This document shows positions 29,687 through 39,312 of a stretch of DNA of 53,860 nt, in pieces (the first letter of the stretch is position 1; each line of letters opens with the position of its first letter). The position numbers and the translations under genes were made by a program. The DNA comes from an uncultured Bacteroides sp. (GTDB lineage: Bacteria; Bacteroidota; Bacteroidia; Bacteroidales; Muribaculaceae): the NCBI GenBank assembly GCA_964469875.1, contig CAYYAA010000001.1:1-53860 (forward strand), in the 5' to 3' direction. The notes below the pieces were generated by a model. That model saw nothing but the letters and a program-made list of their open reading frames with translations, did not search any database and had not been told where the DNA came from.

Positions 29687-31591
29687 TTATAAATCCGAAG
29701 TGGGGATAGACCAATAGACCACGTAGCGTTCGCGGTGGATGTCGTAGAATGGTTCGACGGTAATACCGTCAGCGGTTTGCCATGTTAGCGGAGCCGTTTG
29801 CTTTAGTTCGGCAACATTTAGTCGGATATCCTTGAGGTGGTCAGGTATGTTATAGTTATATGTATAGTAGTCGTTGTAGAGTTCGGGATTGCTATCCGGT
29901 GCCGGAGACTGCATACCTTCGGTGCCAAGACGGCCGGCAAGAACGATAGGGCCGTAAAGCAAGACAACTTTAGAGCTATCATCGGGAGCTACCTCGCAGC
30001 GTAGAGAGGTGGATAATGTTAGCTCAAGTTTGTCACCGTCGCGCCATTTGCGATTGATCACAAAGTAGCCATTTTCTACCACAGATGACACCTTTTTGCC
30101 ATTTATGGTTAGAACCGGATTCTCTGCCCATTGCGGGCTACGGAGCTTGATAGTGGCGGCAGTTGGCTTGGCAACGTTGACCGACAGAGAGGCATGGTCA
30201 GCATACGGGAAGGTCGTAGATTGTGTGATAGTCAATCCTTTATGTTTCCAATTTAGTTTGGATGCAATAAACAGATTGATATATAGCTCATTATCGCCTT
30301 GGAAGTAGATATTTTCGGCATACTTGGCATGACTCTCAAAGCCACTGCCGACACAACACCAGAATGAATTTTCGGGCGTAGAGTAGACACGATGTGTTCC
30401 TGTTGCCAACGGCAGAAAGTAGCAAACCATGCCTGACCGTGTGTCTTGTTGCCCAAGGATATGGTTATAAGTAGCTGTCTCAATATAGTCGGCAATGTCA
30501 GATGATGGCTCATTGCAAAACAGATGGCGTGCCAATTTCAGCATATTGTACGTGCAGCAAGTCTCACCAGTATATCCACTGATGTGCTTTGAAAATTCTG
30601 AGGGGTTGAAGAAGTGCTCTTTATCACTAAGTTCACCGGTGGGGAATGTGTGATGAGCCATCATCTCATCCCAAAAGAAGCGGCTAAGCTCTCTTGACAG
30701 CTCATCGCCAAGCAACTCATAGCGGCGTATCTCGGCAATGGTTTTCGGGATAAAAGTGTTAGTGTGTTTCTTGCCCATATCGCCGTTATGAGCTTTCAAA
30801 GGGTCAATTACATCATTATGGTAGAAGAACTCTGCCATTTCACGATAATGCTCATTTGCAGTTATGGCATATAGCGAATAGAGCGCATCGTTAATGCCGC
30901 CAAACTCATTGCGAATCATGCGTTGTCGTATGGCATCATCGAGAGGTGATAGTTTTGCGTAAATCCAGTCACCTAACTTTGTTGCGACTTCGAGCGCATC
31001 AGTGTTGTCACAATAAAGATATTGGTCGATAAGTCCGGCAAGGATTTTGTGAATGGTGTACCACGGAGCCCACACCGATTCGCCCCGGATATTGCGATTG
31101 ATAAGTTCCTCGGGGAAAGCACTTACATAGCCATTGCCAAATACATCTTGCGCTTTTTGGAGGCCTGCTACAATAGAATCGCCTTTAATCTTAAAAATAT
31201 CGCTGCCGGTTGAGGCGTACATTAAGGCATAAGCGCTCATCAAGTGACCTGTCGTATGTCCACGCAATTCACAATCAAGCGATTCCCACCCGCCATATTT
31301 TTTGACCGTCATATAGCCACCTTCACGACCGGCAAACACTCCGGCATTAGTGTAAAATGAATGTAGCAAACGATTTATGCAAATATTAACCATCCACACC
31401 GAATCACGTTGCATATTCTCTCTAAACCTACCGGGCAACAGTGTCACATCATTAAGTGGCAAGCATTTAACCCTTGTAGGTTTAACATTCACGACTTTGA
31501 TTTTTTGCTCAAACAGCCCCGGATAAAGCGACTGAGCCGATGCGACACTGCTTATTAGCAATGCCGAAACAAGTAATATGTATTTACACAT
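29687..31591 (-). CDS. GH127/GH146 family beta-L-arabinofuranosidase-like protein
   Basis: YGGWE, LRGHTTGH, WAPWY..HKI, EFGG, HTNT, ETCCTYNMLKL, FWCCVGSG. Confidence 0.88.
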   Translation of the reverse strand: MCKYILLVSALLISSVASAQSLYPGLFEQKIKVVNVKPTRVKCLPLNDVTLLPGRFRENMQRDSVWMVNICINRLLHSFYTNAGVFAGREGGYMTVKKYGGWESLDCELRGHTTGHLMSAYALMYASTGSDIFKIKGDSIVAGLQKAQDVFGNGYVSAFPEELINRNIRGESVWAPWYTIHKILAGLIDQYLYCDNTDALEVATKLGDWIYAKLSPLDDAIRQRMIRNEFGGINDALYSLYAITANEHYREMAEFFYHNDVIDPLKAHNGDMGKKHTNTFIPKTIAEIRRYELLGDELSRELSRFFWDEMMAHHTFPTGELSDKEHFFNPSEFSKHISGYTGETCCTYNMLKLARHLFCNEPSSDIADYIETATYNHILGQQDTRSGMVCYFLPLATGTHRVYSTPENSFWCCVGSGFESHAKYAENIYFQGDNELYINLFIASKLNWKHKGLTITQSTTFPYADHASLSVNVAKPTAATIKLRSPQWAENPVLTINGKKVSSVVENGYFVINRKWRDGDKLELTLSTSLRCEVAPDDSSKVVLLYGPIVLAGRLGTEGMQSPAPDSNPELYNDYYTYNYNIPDHLKDIRLNVAELKQTAPLTWQTADGITVEPFYDIHRERYVVYWSIPTSDL

Positions 31592-33864
31592 TAGAGTATT
31601 CCTTTGAGTGTATAGAGATTATTTGCTTTTGTGAACGATGACTTAACGCCATTAACTTTGACCGAATTAACTGGCCTTTGCAAGTTAATTCCAAAGTGAT
31701 AACGCGGCTGACCGTTCAGTTGCAAGTCAAGCACATCGCCATTAGTCTGTGCTATGAAATTCAACTTTGCCAATGACGAGAACCACACCATGTCAGCGCG
31801 GCGCAACAAACTGCCTGAGCTTACAAAAATGCGTTCTGCTTCATTTGCAGTCTTACCTTCTTGATAAGTCACAGCAAACATATAGGCATCAGTTGCCCAA
31901 CCATCTGCTTCAATCCACGAATTGACGTGCATCAGCCTGCCATCTGCCAACTGATTGATGTATAAATCAGTAACCATTCCGTTCCACTTAATTTGCACAC
32001 CTATCCAATCTTTGCCCTCACGTCGCTCAATTGTTGGCAATGTTTGTTGATTGGGACTATCTTTGAGTATAATCGCATTTACAGCTTTGATGCGGTCAAA
32101 ATTACCGGGAAGGATGAATGAATAGTATTCTTCGGTGTTTTTTAAAGTTTCATCGGGAGCTTCACGCACTTCCCAATACAGCATTTCAGGGTAGTCATGC
32201 ACGTAGTTGCTCGGCGCAAGCATTTCAGGATAAAGCGGCATCACAACCACAGACGAATTTCCTTTTGTCACTTCAAGCGTACCACCTTTTTTGACTGTCT
32301 TGCCTCCGGGATGCCATAGCCATTCAAATTGCCCCGGCTCATGACTCTTTATATCATCAATAATAAATACTACATTATCCATCCATAGGAAGTGGCGGAA
32401 GTTACGCGCAAAGCTGTCGCTCATCGGGCCTGTGCCATCAGCAAGAACATATCGAATATCCGAGCCGTCAAGCAAATAGTGCAACGAGCCTGAGAGCATC
32501 GTGCCATGATATTGCTGATATGTAGATTGACCTTTGCCATTAAATTTAACGACATTATGTGCATCACTTTGGAAGAAATATTTGCGATAATTTTCATTGC
32601 CATACGAGCAGTTGCCCGCATCCTTAATAATGTCTTCCCCATTGTGGAATAAGATGAAAGAGTTAGCATCCGCATGTGAGTGATTCCACGTCATGCCACT
32701 TTTAACAGCCAACATCGTGGCATCCTTCTCCCATGAATTTCGCATCGTTGCCCACCCGAAATCCGGCCAAAGTTTTGATTTAGCAATGTTCGGCACTGAC
32801 GGAGCACTCGTCAAGTCAGGCGTATATAAGAAGCCCATTGGATAATTGCGAGGGAAGCCTTCACGATGCTGATTTGGCTCAACTTGCGTTGCATACCACA
32901 GGGTGGTAGCATCTTTTACGCCCATAGAATAGGCTAAGAACATTGAGCTCTCACCTGTCACGTTCTTATGGCTATCACCGAAATTAATGCTATACAACAT
33001 ACCGGAGCGTGGATATGAAGCATGCGCAAAAAAGTCTGCCAAGAGTTGCATCTGCGGCAAGGCTTCGAGTTTTGCTCCGGGATGAGCGTTGAGCCAGGCT
33101 TGACGCAGTAACAAGGCTTCGGTTATACCAAAACTCGCATAATTAATTGATTCATACATACCTCCGCCGTCGTCAAAAGTCTTTGGTTTGTTTTGGATAA
33201 CATCACCTGCAAAGTCAAACCACTCAGGCAATGCCTCAACAGCCATTTGCGCAGCCTTTTCAGCCTCAGTTATCTCATTGGAAATTGCCATTGCGAGCAA
33301 TCCACCCATTCCGACACATGATGACCACCAATTATGCCCCATTGAGTTCAGGGAGTGAATGCGTGATGGTTCAAGCAACCAGTCACCCAACAACGGCTCG
33401 CCGGCAAGTCGCCACACTCCATTGGCTATGGTCTTGCGGTCTGACACCGACAGCTTGTTGTATATAGCATCAAATGCCACTGCAATTTGGAATGATTTAT
33501 GCGCCATTTGCAACTCACTACGCCATGCCGGTGTGCGTTGCATCATCTCTTTATCTGCCCATGACTCAATCTTGGCTATTTCGAGCAACATACTGCGCAG
33601 CTTTTCAAAATAGCGATTATCGCCGGTCACTTGATATGCAAGTGCCAGATATTCCATGCGCCGATGGTCATTCTTTGCAAGCAATTCTTCGGCTGTTGCT
33701 TTGATGTCATTCCACGCACGAGCTTGCACGGTATCAGTCTTTGTTCTCTCTACAGCGGCATTAACTCGCTCTGTGGTGAACAACAACGACGGATGTTTAA
33801 TCTTTGCTACTGTTGGTAGTGCTATTGCTAATAATGTGATTACACTGAGGATATATCTTGTCAT
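31591..33864 (-). CDS. Heparinase II/III-like polysaccharide lyase
   Basis: HNWW, YES..Y, NFGDS, HSHADANSF, IKDAG..Y, AHN; start reassigned to ATG 33864 (MTRYIL signal peptide, downstream of the promoter motif). Confidence 0.85.
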   Translation of the reverse strand: MTRYILSVITLLAIALPTVAKIKHPSLLFTTERVNAAVERTKTDTVQARAWNDIKATAEELLAKNDHRRMEYLALAYQVTGDNRYFEKLRSMLLEIAKIESWADKEMMQRTPAWRSELQMAHKSFQIAVAFDAIYNKLSVSDRKTIANGVWRLAGEPLLGDWLLEPSRIHSLNSMGHNWWSSCVGMGGLLAMAISNEITEAEKAAQMAVEALPEWFDFAGDVIQNKPKTFDDGGGMYESINYASFGITEALLLRQAWLNAHPGAKLEALPQMQLLADFFAHASYPRSGMLYSINFGDSHKNVTGESSMFLAYSMGVKDATTLWYATQVEPNQHREGFPRNYPMGFLYTPDLTSAPSVPNIAKSKLWPDFGWATMRNSWEKDATMLAVKSGMTWNHSHADANSFILFHNGEDIIKDAGNCSYGNENYRKYFFQSDAHNVVKFNGKGQSTYQQYHGTMLSGSLHYLLDGSDIRYVLADGTGPMSDSFARNFRHFLWMDNVVFIIDDIKSHEPGQFEWLWHPGGKTVKKGGTLEVTKGNSSVVVMPLYPEMLAPSNYVHDYPEMLYWEVREAPDETLKNTEEYYSFILPGNFDRIKAVNAIILKDSPNQQTLPTIERREGKDWIGVQIKWNGMVTDLYINQLADGRLMHVNSWIEADGWATDAYMFAVTYQEGKTANEAERIFVSSGSLLRRADMVWFSSLAKLNFIAQTNGDVLDLQLNGQPRYHFGINLQRPVNSVKVNGVKSSFTKANNLYTLKGIL

Positions 33865-33891
33865 GGTGAGTTTGTTATAGTTATGCATATC

Positions 33892-33920
33892 AATACGAAC
33901 CGATTTGCAAATCTACTCAA
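33892..33920 (-). promoter_or_regulatory. Putative ECF-sigma promoter ahead of the lyase-GH127 operon
   Basis: Minus strand TTGAGTA-gatttgcaaatcggtt(16 nt)-CGTATT; overlaps a TAGATTTG primary-sigma-like element. Confidence 0.7.
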
Positions 33921-33957
33921 TTTATAACAAACATAAAAATACATCGTCATGTTATTA

Positions 33958-33996
33958 AACAAGTACAGAGCTGAATCACTTCAGCCCTGTACTTTG
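33958..33996 (-). terminator. Orphan hairpin/terminator in the divergent intergenic region
   Basis: AAGTACAGAGCTGAA-TCAC-TTCAGCCCTGTACTT; the single mismatch is a G-U pair when read on the minus strand. Confidence 0.55.
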
Positions 33997-34215
33997 TATT
34001 ATTATTTGGAATTTAATATTAAACGGCTTATTAAGAGTAAATTCCATATTAATACCATGTTAATAACCTAAACCCTAAAGAAACAATTCCAATATGAATT
34101 GTCATACCTTTTATCATTAAATACTAACGAGTAGAGAATATTACTCAATCGCAAAGCCATATTTTTTTTGATTGCCTCACTTTTGGCATTACTTACGCTA
34201 AAATTTAAGTACGGA

Positions 34216-34244
34216 TTGAGTAATCAATAACGAGTATCCGTAAT
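34216..34244 (+). promoter_or_regulatory. Putative ECF-sigma promoter ahead of DUF4861
   Basis: TTGAGTA-atcaataacgagtatc(16 nt)-CGTAAT. Confidence 0.7.
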
Positions 34245-34284
34245 ATATTGTTGGACATATTTCTCAATAACGCATTAATATATA

Positions 34285-35445
34285 ATGAGACTCTCAATTA
34301 AAGCAAAATCGGCACAAATAGCTCTCACTTGCTTGACAATTATGACATCAGCTTGTCGTCAACATGAGATTACTGTTTCTATCACTAATCCTTTTGACAA
34401 AGGACGCATCGGCGAAATCATTGAGCTTGATGCCGCTGCCATTGTTAAGCGGTTCAACGCTGATTTTACTATTCATGATAAGAATGACAACGAGATACCA
34501 TATCAACTCACCTACGATGGTTTACTGATATTTCCGGCGACTGTTGATGCCAACGCCACTGCCGAATATCACATTGTCGGAGGCATTCCGACAGCGGTAG
34601 ACACAATTGCAGTTGCAATATACCGTCCTGACTGCCAAGATGACATTGCATGGGAAAACGACAACGGCGGTTATCGCTTATATGGTCCGATATTTCGTGA
34701 AAGCGGAGGGAAGGTCTACGGCTACGATATTTGGACGAAGTCTGTCAACAAACCTATACTCAATCGCCGCTACGACGATGACCACAAACGCGGCATATCA
34801 TATCACATCGACCACGGTGACGGATTTGATGGATACACAGTCGGTCCGACACTCGGTTGCGGTATGAACGCTTTAGTCAACGATAACGGAGAGATCTGTT
34901 ATCCTTGTGCCTACCGTTCATATAAATTTCTCGATAACGGGCCACTACGCACAACGATAAGATTTAGCATTGACACGATTGATGTTAATTCACTGCCGGT
35001 CGTTGAGACTCGCACGGTCACTCTCGATGCCGGGGCATGGCTTAATCGCACCACAACTACATACTCCGGGCTGACCGAAGCAACGCCAATCGTTGCAGGA
35101 GTTGCCATTCACTGCGACAATTCCGAGTACACTTTGAATGACGAGAAACATTATATCAGCTATGCCGACAAGACTGATAACATTACAGCAGGAAACGGCG
35201 AAATTTATATTGGTGTACTCGCCGCCGAAGCTGACAGCTTGGTATCTCGTCAATTTCCGGAGGTTGTGGCTAACGCAATGGGGCAGGCATTACTATTTAA
35301 CACTTATCACCCGACAGACAGCTACACATACTATTGGGGAGCGGCATGGAGCAAAGGCGGAGTTCCCTCACTTGACGATTGGAAAAAAATACTCGACACC
35401 GAAGCTTTCAAACTTAAATCTCCACTCAAAGTCAGTGTCAAATAA
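34285..35445 (+). CDS. DUF4861 family lipoprotein
   Basis: Lipobox TSAC; DDIAWEND...RLYGP, GYDIWTK, SYHIDHG.G.D.Y.VGPTLGCG, YYWGAAWSK. Confidence 0.82.
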   Translation: MRLSIKAKSAQIALTCLTIMTSACRQHEITVSITNPFDKGRIGEIIELDAAAIVKRFNADFTIHDKNDNEIPYQLTYDGLLIFPATVDANATAEYHIVGGIPTAVDTIAVAIYRPDCQDDIAWENDNGGYRLYGPIFRESGGKVYGYDIWTKSVNKPILNRRYDDDHKRGISYHIDHGDGFDGYTVGPTLGCGMNALVNDNGEICYPCAYRSYKFLDNGPLRTTIRFSIDTIDVNSLPVVETRTVTLDAGAWLNRTTTTYSGLTEATPIVAGVAIHCDNSEYTLNDEKHYISYADKTDNITAGNGEIYIGVLAAEADSLVSRQFPEVVANAMGQALLFNTYHPTDSYTYYWGAAWSKGGVPSLDDWKKILDTEAFKLKSPLKVSVK

Positions 35446-35594
35446 TCTTGCAATCAGAATAAAACAAATTACAATAAATCTCCGGCTAAAATTTCAGAAC
35501 GGCGATTTTTATTTTTTTATTGCATTTTTGCAAAATAAATTGTAATTTTGGACTGAAAACTGACAATGCAAAACCGAGTATCACACCATAAATC

Positions 35595-38408
35595 ATGAAT
35601 TTCACGTGCATAACAAGCTATATACGCGCGATTGTCTTACTCATAACTTGTTTCACAATCAGCTATACACCGGCAGCTTACTGCAAAGAGATATATTTTA
35701 AACAGATTGATTTTTCCATTACAAGCACAGAGGATAACGACAATCCTACAATCAACGCCATTTTCAAAGACTCCAAACGCTTTGTATGGATTGGAGGAGA
35801 TAAGAAATTGGTGCGCTATGACGGTATTCATTCTCTCGTAATACCTGTCATTGATGACAACAATGTTGCATTGGAAATAAAAGACATATCTGAATTCAAA
35901 GACAAATGCGTTGTTATCGGTACAAACAAAGGACTATTTTGCTTTCCAAATAAGGATGACAAACCAATACTGCAACAATTATTCACTAAAGAAATTGACG
36001 ATGTAACTACCTTATTAGCTATTGATGATGACCGTATGCTTGTCGGCTCGACTCGCGGCATCAAACTGATAAGTCTATCTAAAATGAATATAACAGACTT
36101 GCCCATAGCCACAAGTCTGCTCGACAACTCCAATCATATCATCGGGATGTCTCGGCTTAACGATATCGTGTACATTCTGACAAAAGGTGGATTATACAGT
36201 CTAAATCTAACACAATTCAAATACACTCGCATACCGAACTACAGTTCTGTAGGCGTTGAACAAACATCACTCGTCGCTACACCACAGAAGCTGTATATAG
36301 GCACGATGGGCAAAGGTATCATACCTTATAACATCAACGCTCAACACACCGAATCGCCTGTGCCTATCTCAGCAACCGTGGTAACATCAATTGTAACCGA
36401 CTCTGACTACAAACACATCTACATCGGCACTGACGGTAGCGGTGTATTCAAAATGAGCATACCCAATGAGAAGTTGCTCACACATTTTCACCACCAAGCG
36501 AACAACTATTACTCGCTACACAACAACCAAGTGCGTTCACTCATGTACGACGATAAAAACTCATTGTGGGTTGGCTACTACCAAAACGGGGTGGACTATA
36601 TGCTCGACAACACCGGTGCATTCTCTGTGTTCAATAATGATAGCTATTTTTCAAGTCGTGGCTTAGCTATCAGAGCCATGACGGCTAAAGGTCCCCAATT
36701 AGCGCTCGGCACTCGCGAAGGTCTGATATATATGGATTTCGATAAACACACCACATCGCGGCTGACAGCTTCAGAACTTCGTTCCGATATGGTGTTGTCA
36801 TTACTCAATACTGACAACAAACTTTTTGTCGGCACTTATGGTGGCGGCTTGTCCGTGGTTTCGCTACAAACAATGACAGCTAAAAAGTTTATTGGGAACG
36901 GCGATGTCACATTCTCAAACGGGCACGTATTCTGTATCACGCAACAATCCGACAATAGTCTATGGATTGGCACAAATACAGGTTTATACCATGTCGTAGA
37001 CAATAAAGTCGTCAACCACTATTTATCAAACAATTCAAAGCTGCCCGAAGGTAATGTATATGCCATATTCTTTGACTCGCAACACAAAGGCTGGATATGC
37101 ACCGAAGCAGGAATATGCATCTATGATCCAACACACAAAGAGCTGCGCACAGATGTATTCCCTAAAGGATTTCCTCACGACAAGCGCATCCACACAGTCT
37201 TTGAAGACAGCAAACACCGTCTATACTTTTTACCGGAAAAAGGCACAGCATTTCGCACGTCTATCGACATGAAAGGGCTGCTGATGCTTAACCCCTCAAA
37301 AGGTCAAGAAATCGAATACAAAGGCATCGTTGAAGACAAGAATGGCGCGATATGGCTCACTACCAATCACGGCATTTTCCGCAGTGACACCAAAGGACAT
37401 TGGCATCACTACGGCTTTGCAGACGGCATACCCTCACAAGTATTCTTGCAATGCCGCCCTCAGATTGACACTGCCGGGAACATCTGGTTTGGCAATTCAG
37501 ACGGTCTCATAAAATGCGACATCTCAAAGGCTGACACTTGCCAATCAAAAGCATACGGAATATATCCGGTAGCAGTAAAAGCTGACGGCGAGAACATTTG
37601 CATTCCTATCATCGACAAACATGACATTAAACTATCAGAACACTATGCCACTATCACCATCGACTTAACCACGTTCAACTACTCGATAGATGATGCTCAC
37701 GATTATGAATATTCGATAGATGATGAGGATTGGGAAACAGTACGCAATGACTTCAGCATCATCCTCAACGACATTGGCGGTGGCACTCACAAGCTCATAA
37801 TCCGTCACAAGGATGATGATAGCAGCGAAGTTATGATTAACATTTCTATGCCGTATTCTTGGATAGGTAAATTAGTTATTATTTTAATCATCTCTCTTAT
37901 AGCAATGGCTGTCTACCTCGTATGGCATTTGCTTTACACTCGTACTCGTGCACGCATCCAACGCGCTGCCGAGGCAAAAGCTGAAGCTGAGCGTGCTGCC
38001 AAAGCTGAAGAGTTAGCATCAAAGAAAAAATATTCAGCTAACCAGCTATCGGAAGAAAAATGCCGTGAGATTGTTGCTAAAATCGAAACGGTAATGACCG
38101 AACAAAAGCCATTCTTAAATCCCGACATGAACATTGGCGACTTGGCAACAATGACCGACGTGTCAAGTCACAAGTTGAGCTATATCTTCAGCCAATACTT
38201 GAATATATCTTTTTATGACTACATCAATCGCTATCGCGTCGATGAATTCAAAGCTGTTGTGAATAAACACGGCATAGACTCGTTCACGCTGTCAGCCCTC
38301 GCCGAGAAAGCCGGTTTCAGCTCTCGTGCAACATTCTTCAGACACTTCAAAGATATCGAAGGTATCACGCCCGGCGAATACATCAAAAAACTTGGCAAGA
38401 AGCACTAA
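35595..38408 (+). CDS. Membrane-spanning sensor-regulator: periplasmic beta-propeller repeats, TM helix, AraC HTH (no histidine kinase or receiver)
   Basis: Repeated D..xxLWIG/T blades, Y_Y_Y-like segment, one TM helix, then KPFLNPD..., FYDYINRYRV, AGFSSRATFFRHFK..GITPGEY; TAATTTTG promoter at 35543-35550. Confidence 0.88.
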   Translation: MNFTCITSYIRAIVLLITCFTISYTPAAYCKEIYFKQIDFSITSTEDNDNPTINAIFKDSKRFVWIGGDKKLVRYDGIHSLVIPVIDDNNVALEIKDISEFKDKCVVIGTNKGLFCFPNKDDKPILQQLFTKEIDDVTTLLAIDDDRMLVGSTRGIKLISLSKMNITDLPIATSLLDNSNHIIGMSRLNDIVYILTKGGLYSLNLTQFKYTRIPNYSSVGVEQTSLVATPQKLYIGTMGKGIIPYNINAQHTESPVPISATVVTSIVTDSDYKHIYIGTDGSGVFKMSIPNEKLLTHFHHQANNYYSLHNNQVRSLMYDDKNSLWVGYYQNGVDYMLDNTGAFSVFNNDSYFSSRGLAIRAMTAKGPQLALGTREGLIYMDFDKHTTSRLTASELRSDMVLSLLNTDNKLFVGTYGGGLSVVSLQTMTAKKFIGNGDVTFSNGHVFCITQQSDNSLWIGTNTGLYHVVDNKVVNHYLSNNSKLPEGNVYAIFFDSQHKGWICTEAGICIYDPTHKELRTDVFPKGFPHDKRIHTVFEDSKHRLYFLPEKGTAFRTSIDMKGLLMLNPSKGQEIEYKGIVEDKNGAIWLTTNHGIFRSDTKGHWHHYGFADGIPSQVFLQCRPQIDTAGNIWFGNSDGLIKCDISKADTCQSKAYGIYPVAVKADGENICIPIIDKHDIKLSEHYATITIDLTTFNYSIDDAHDYEYSIDDEDWETVRNDFSIILNDIGGGTHKLIIRHKDDDSSEVMINISMPYSWIGKLVIILIISLIAMAVYLVWHLLYTRTRARIQRAAEAKAEAERAAKAEELASKKKYSANQLSEEKCREIVAKIETVMTEQKPFLNPDMNIGDLATMTDVSSHKLSYIFSQYLNISFYDYINRYRVDEFKAVVNKHGIDSFTLSALAEKAGFSSRATFFRHFKDIEGITPGEYIKKLGKKH

Positions 38409-38430
38409 CGCTTTTATTGTCAAACCCTTC

Positions 38431-38469
38431 AACGAGTCTTAATTTATGCAATTGAGACTCGTTTTGTTT
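38431..38469 (+). terminator. Hairpin after the regulator gene, overlapping AGTCTCAA-type motifs
   Basis: AACGAGTCTTAATT-TATGC-AATTGAGACTCGTT followed by TTGTTT. Confidence 0.6.
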
Positions 38470-38476
38470 ATTTTGT

Positions 38477-38517
38477 AGTCTCAAAAAATTAAATGCAACA
38501 AGAGTCTCAAAAAAATT
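38477..38517 (+). repeat. Direct repeat AGTCTCAAAAAA x2 (26-bp period), candidate AraC operator
   Basis: Copies start at 38477 and 38503; TAATTTTG promoter element downstream at 38617-38624. Confidence 0.55.
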
Positions 38518-38674
38518 ATATATCTATAAGACAACAAGTTACAAAAAATAACATATCAACAAATTTAAAGAGATATTGTTCGGGTAAAAATCTTTTTTTA
38601 GCAGATATTGGGGTTGTAATTTTGCGATGTTCTAACATCTAAAATCTAATTAACAACCCTAAAACCAAAACGCC

Positions 38675-39175
38675 ATGACTAATGGTAAGCTAATCGAAAA
38701 AATTTATGAACTATACTACGAAAAAATAGTTCGCTACATCTCATTTCGCATCAACGACACCGAAGATGCCTATGATCTCGCTCAAGACGTATTCGTCCGT
38801 ATGCTCGAACATGCTGCTTGCATCTATGAAGAAGCAGCCGAGAGTTTGGTGTTCACCATTGCGCGCAATCTCGTCAACGACTACCTGCGCCGTCACTACT
38901 GCAAACAAGAAATAGATCGCTATCTGATGGACTACATCTCTACATCAGACAACAGCACCGAAAGCAGACTTGATGCTAAAGAGCTTGCCAATTTAGAACA
39001 ACAACGCCTTGCTTTAATGCCACAACAACGTCGCACAATCTATATCATGCGCAGATTCGACGAGAAATCAGCCAAGGAAATTTCTGAAGAACTTAACATT
39101 TCACGCCGCACCGTCGAAAATCACCTTTACATTGGCGTCAATCAAATGCGCGAATACCTCAGAGCCTGCATCTAA
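38675..39175 (+). CDS. ECF RNA polymerase sigma-70 factor
   Basis: DAYDLAQDVFV, FTIARNLVNDYLR (region 2); SAKEISEELNISRRTVENHL (region 4). Confidence 0.93.
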   Translation: MTNGKLIEKIYELYYEKIVRYISFRINDTEDAYDLAQDVFVRMLEHAACIYEEAAESLVFTIARNLVNDYLRRHYCKQEIDRYLMDYISTSDNSTESRLDAKELANLEQQRLALMPQQRRTIYIMRRFDEKSAKEISEELNISRRTVENHLYIGVNQMREYLRACI

Positions 39176-39312
39176 TTATGGTTGCATAATCAAGATTCAA
39201 CAACTAAGGGTTGTGCGAAATTGTAACTCATAACTAACAATTTTGCTCAAATTAGCGATGTTTATTGCACAAATCTCGAAAATAATTTATTTTTACTCAT
39301 CAATTATAAATC

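Noticed and set aside
34140-34224. 11-bp inverted repeat ATTACTCAATC / GATTGAGTAAT as an invertible promoter
   Set aside because: Better explained as the -35 boxes of two back-to-back ECF-type promoters; no recombinase in the window and no clear promoter inside the interval.
38611-39214. GGGTTGT shared upstream of the sigma gene (38611) and susC (39208)
   Set aside because: Only a 7-mer at two sites with no consistent second box; could be chance.
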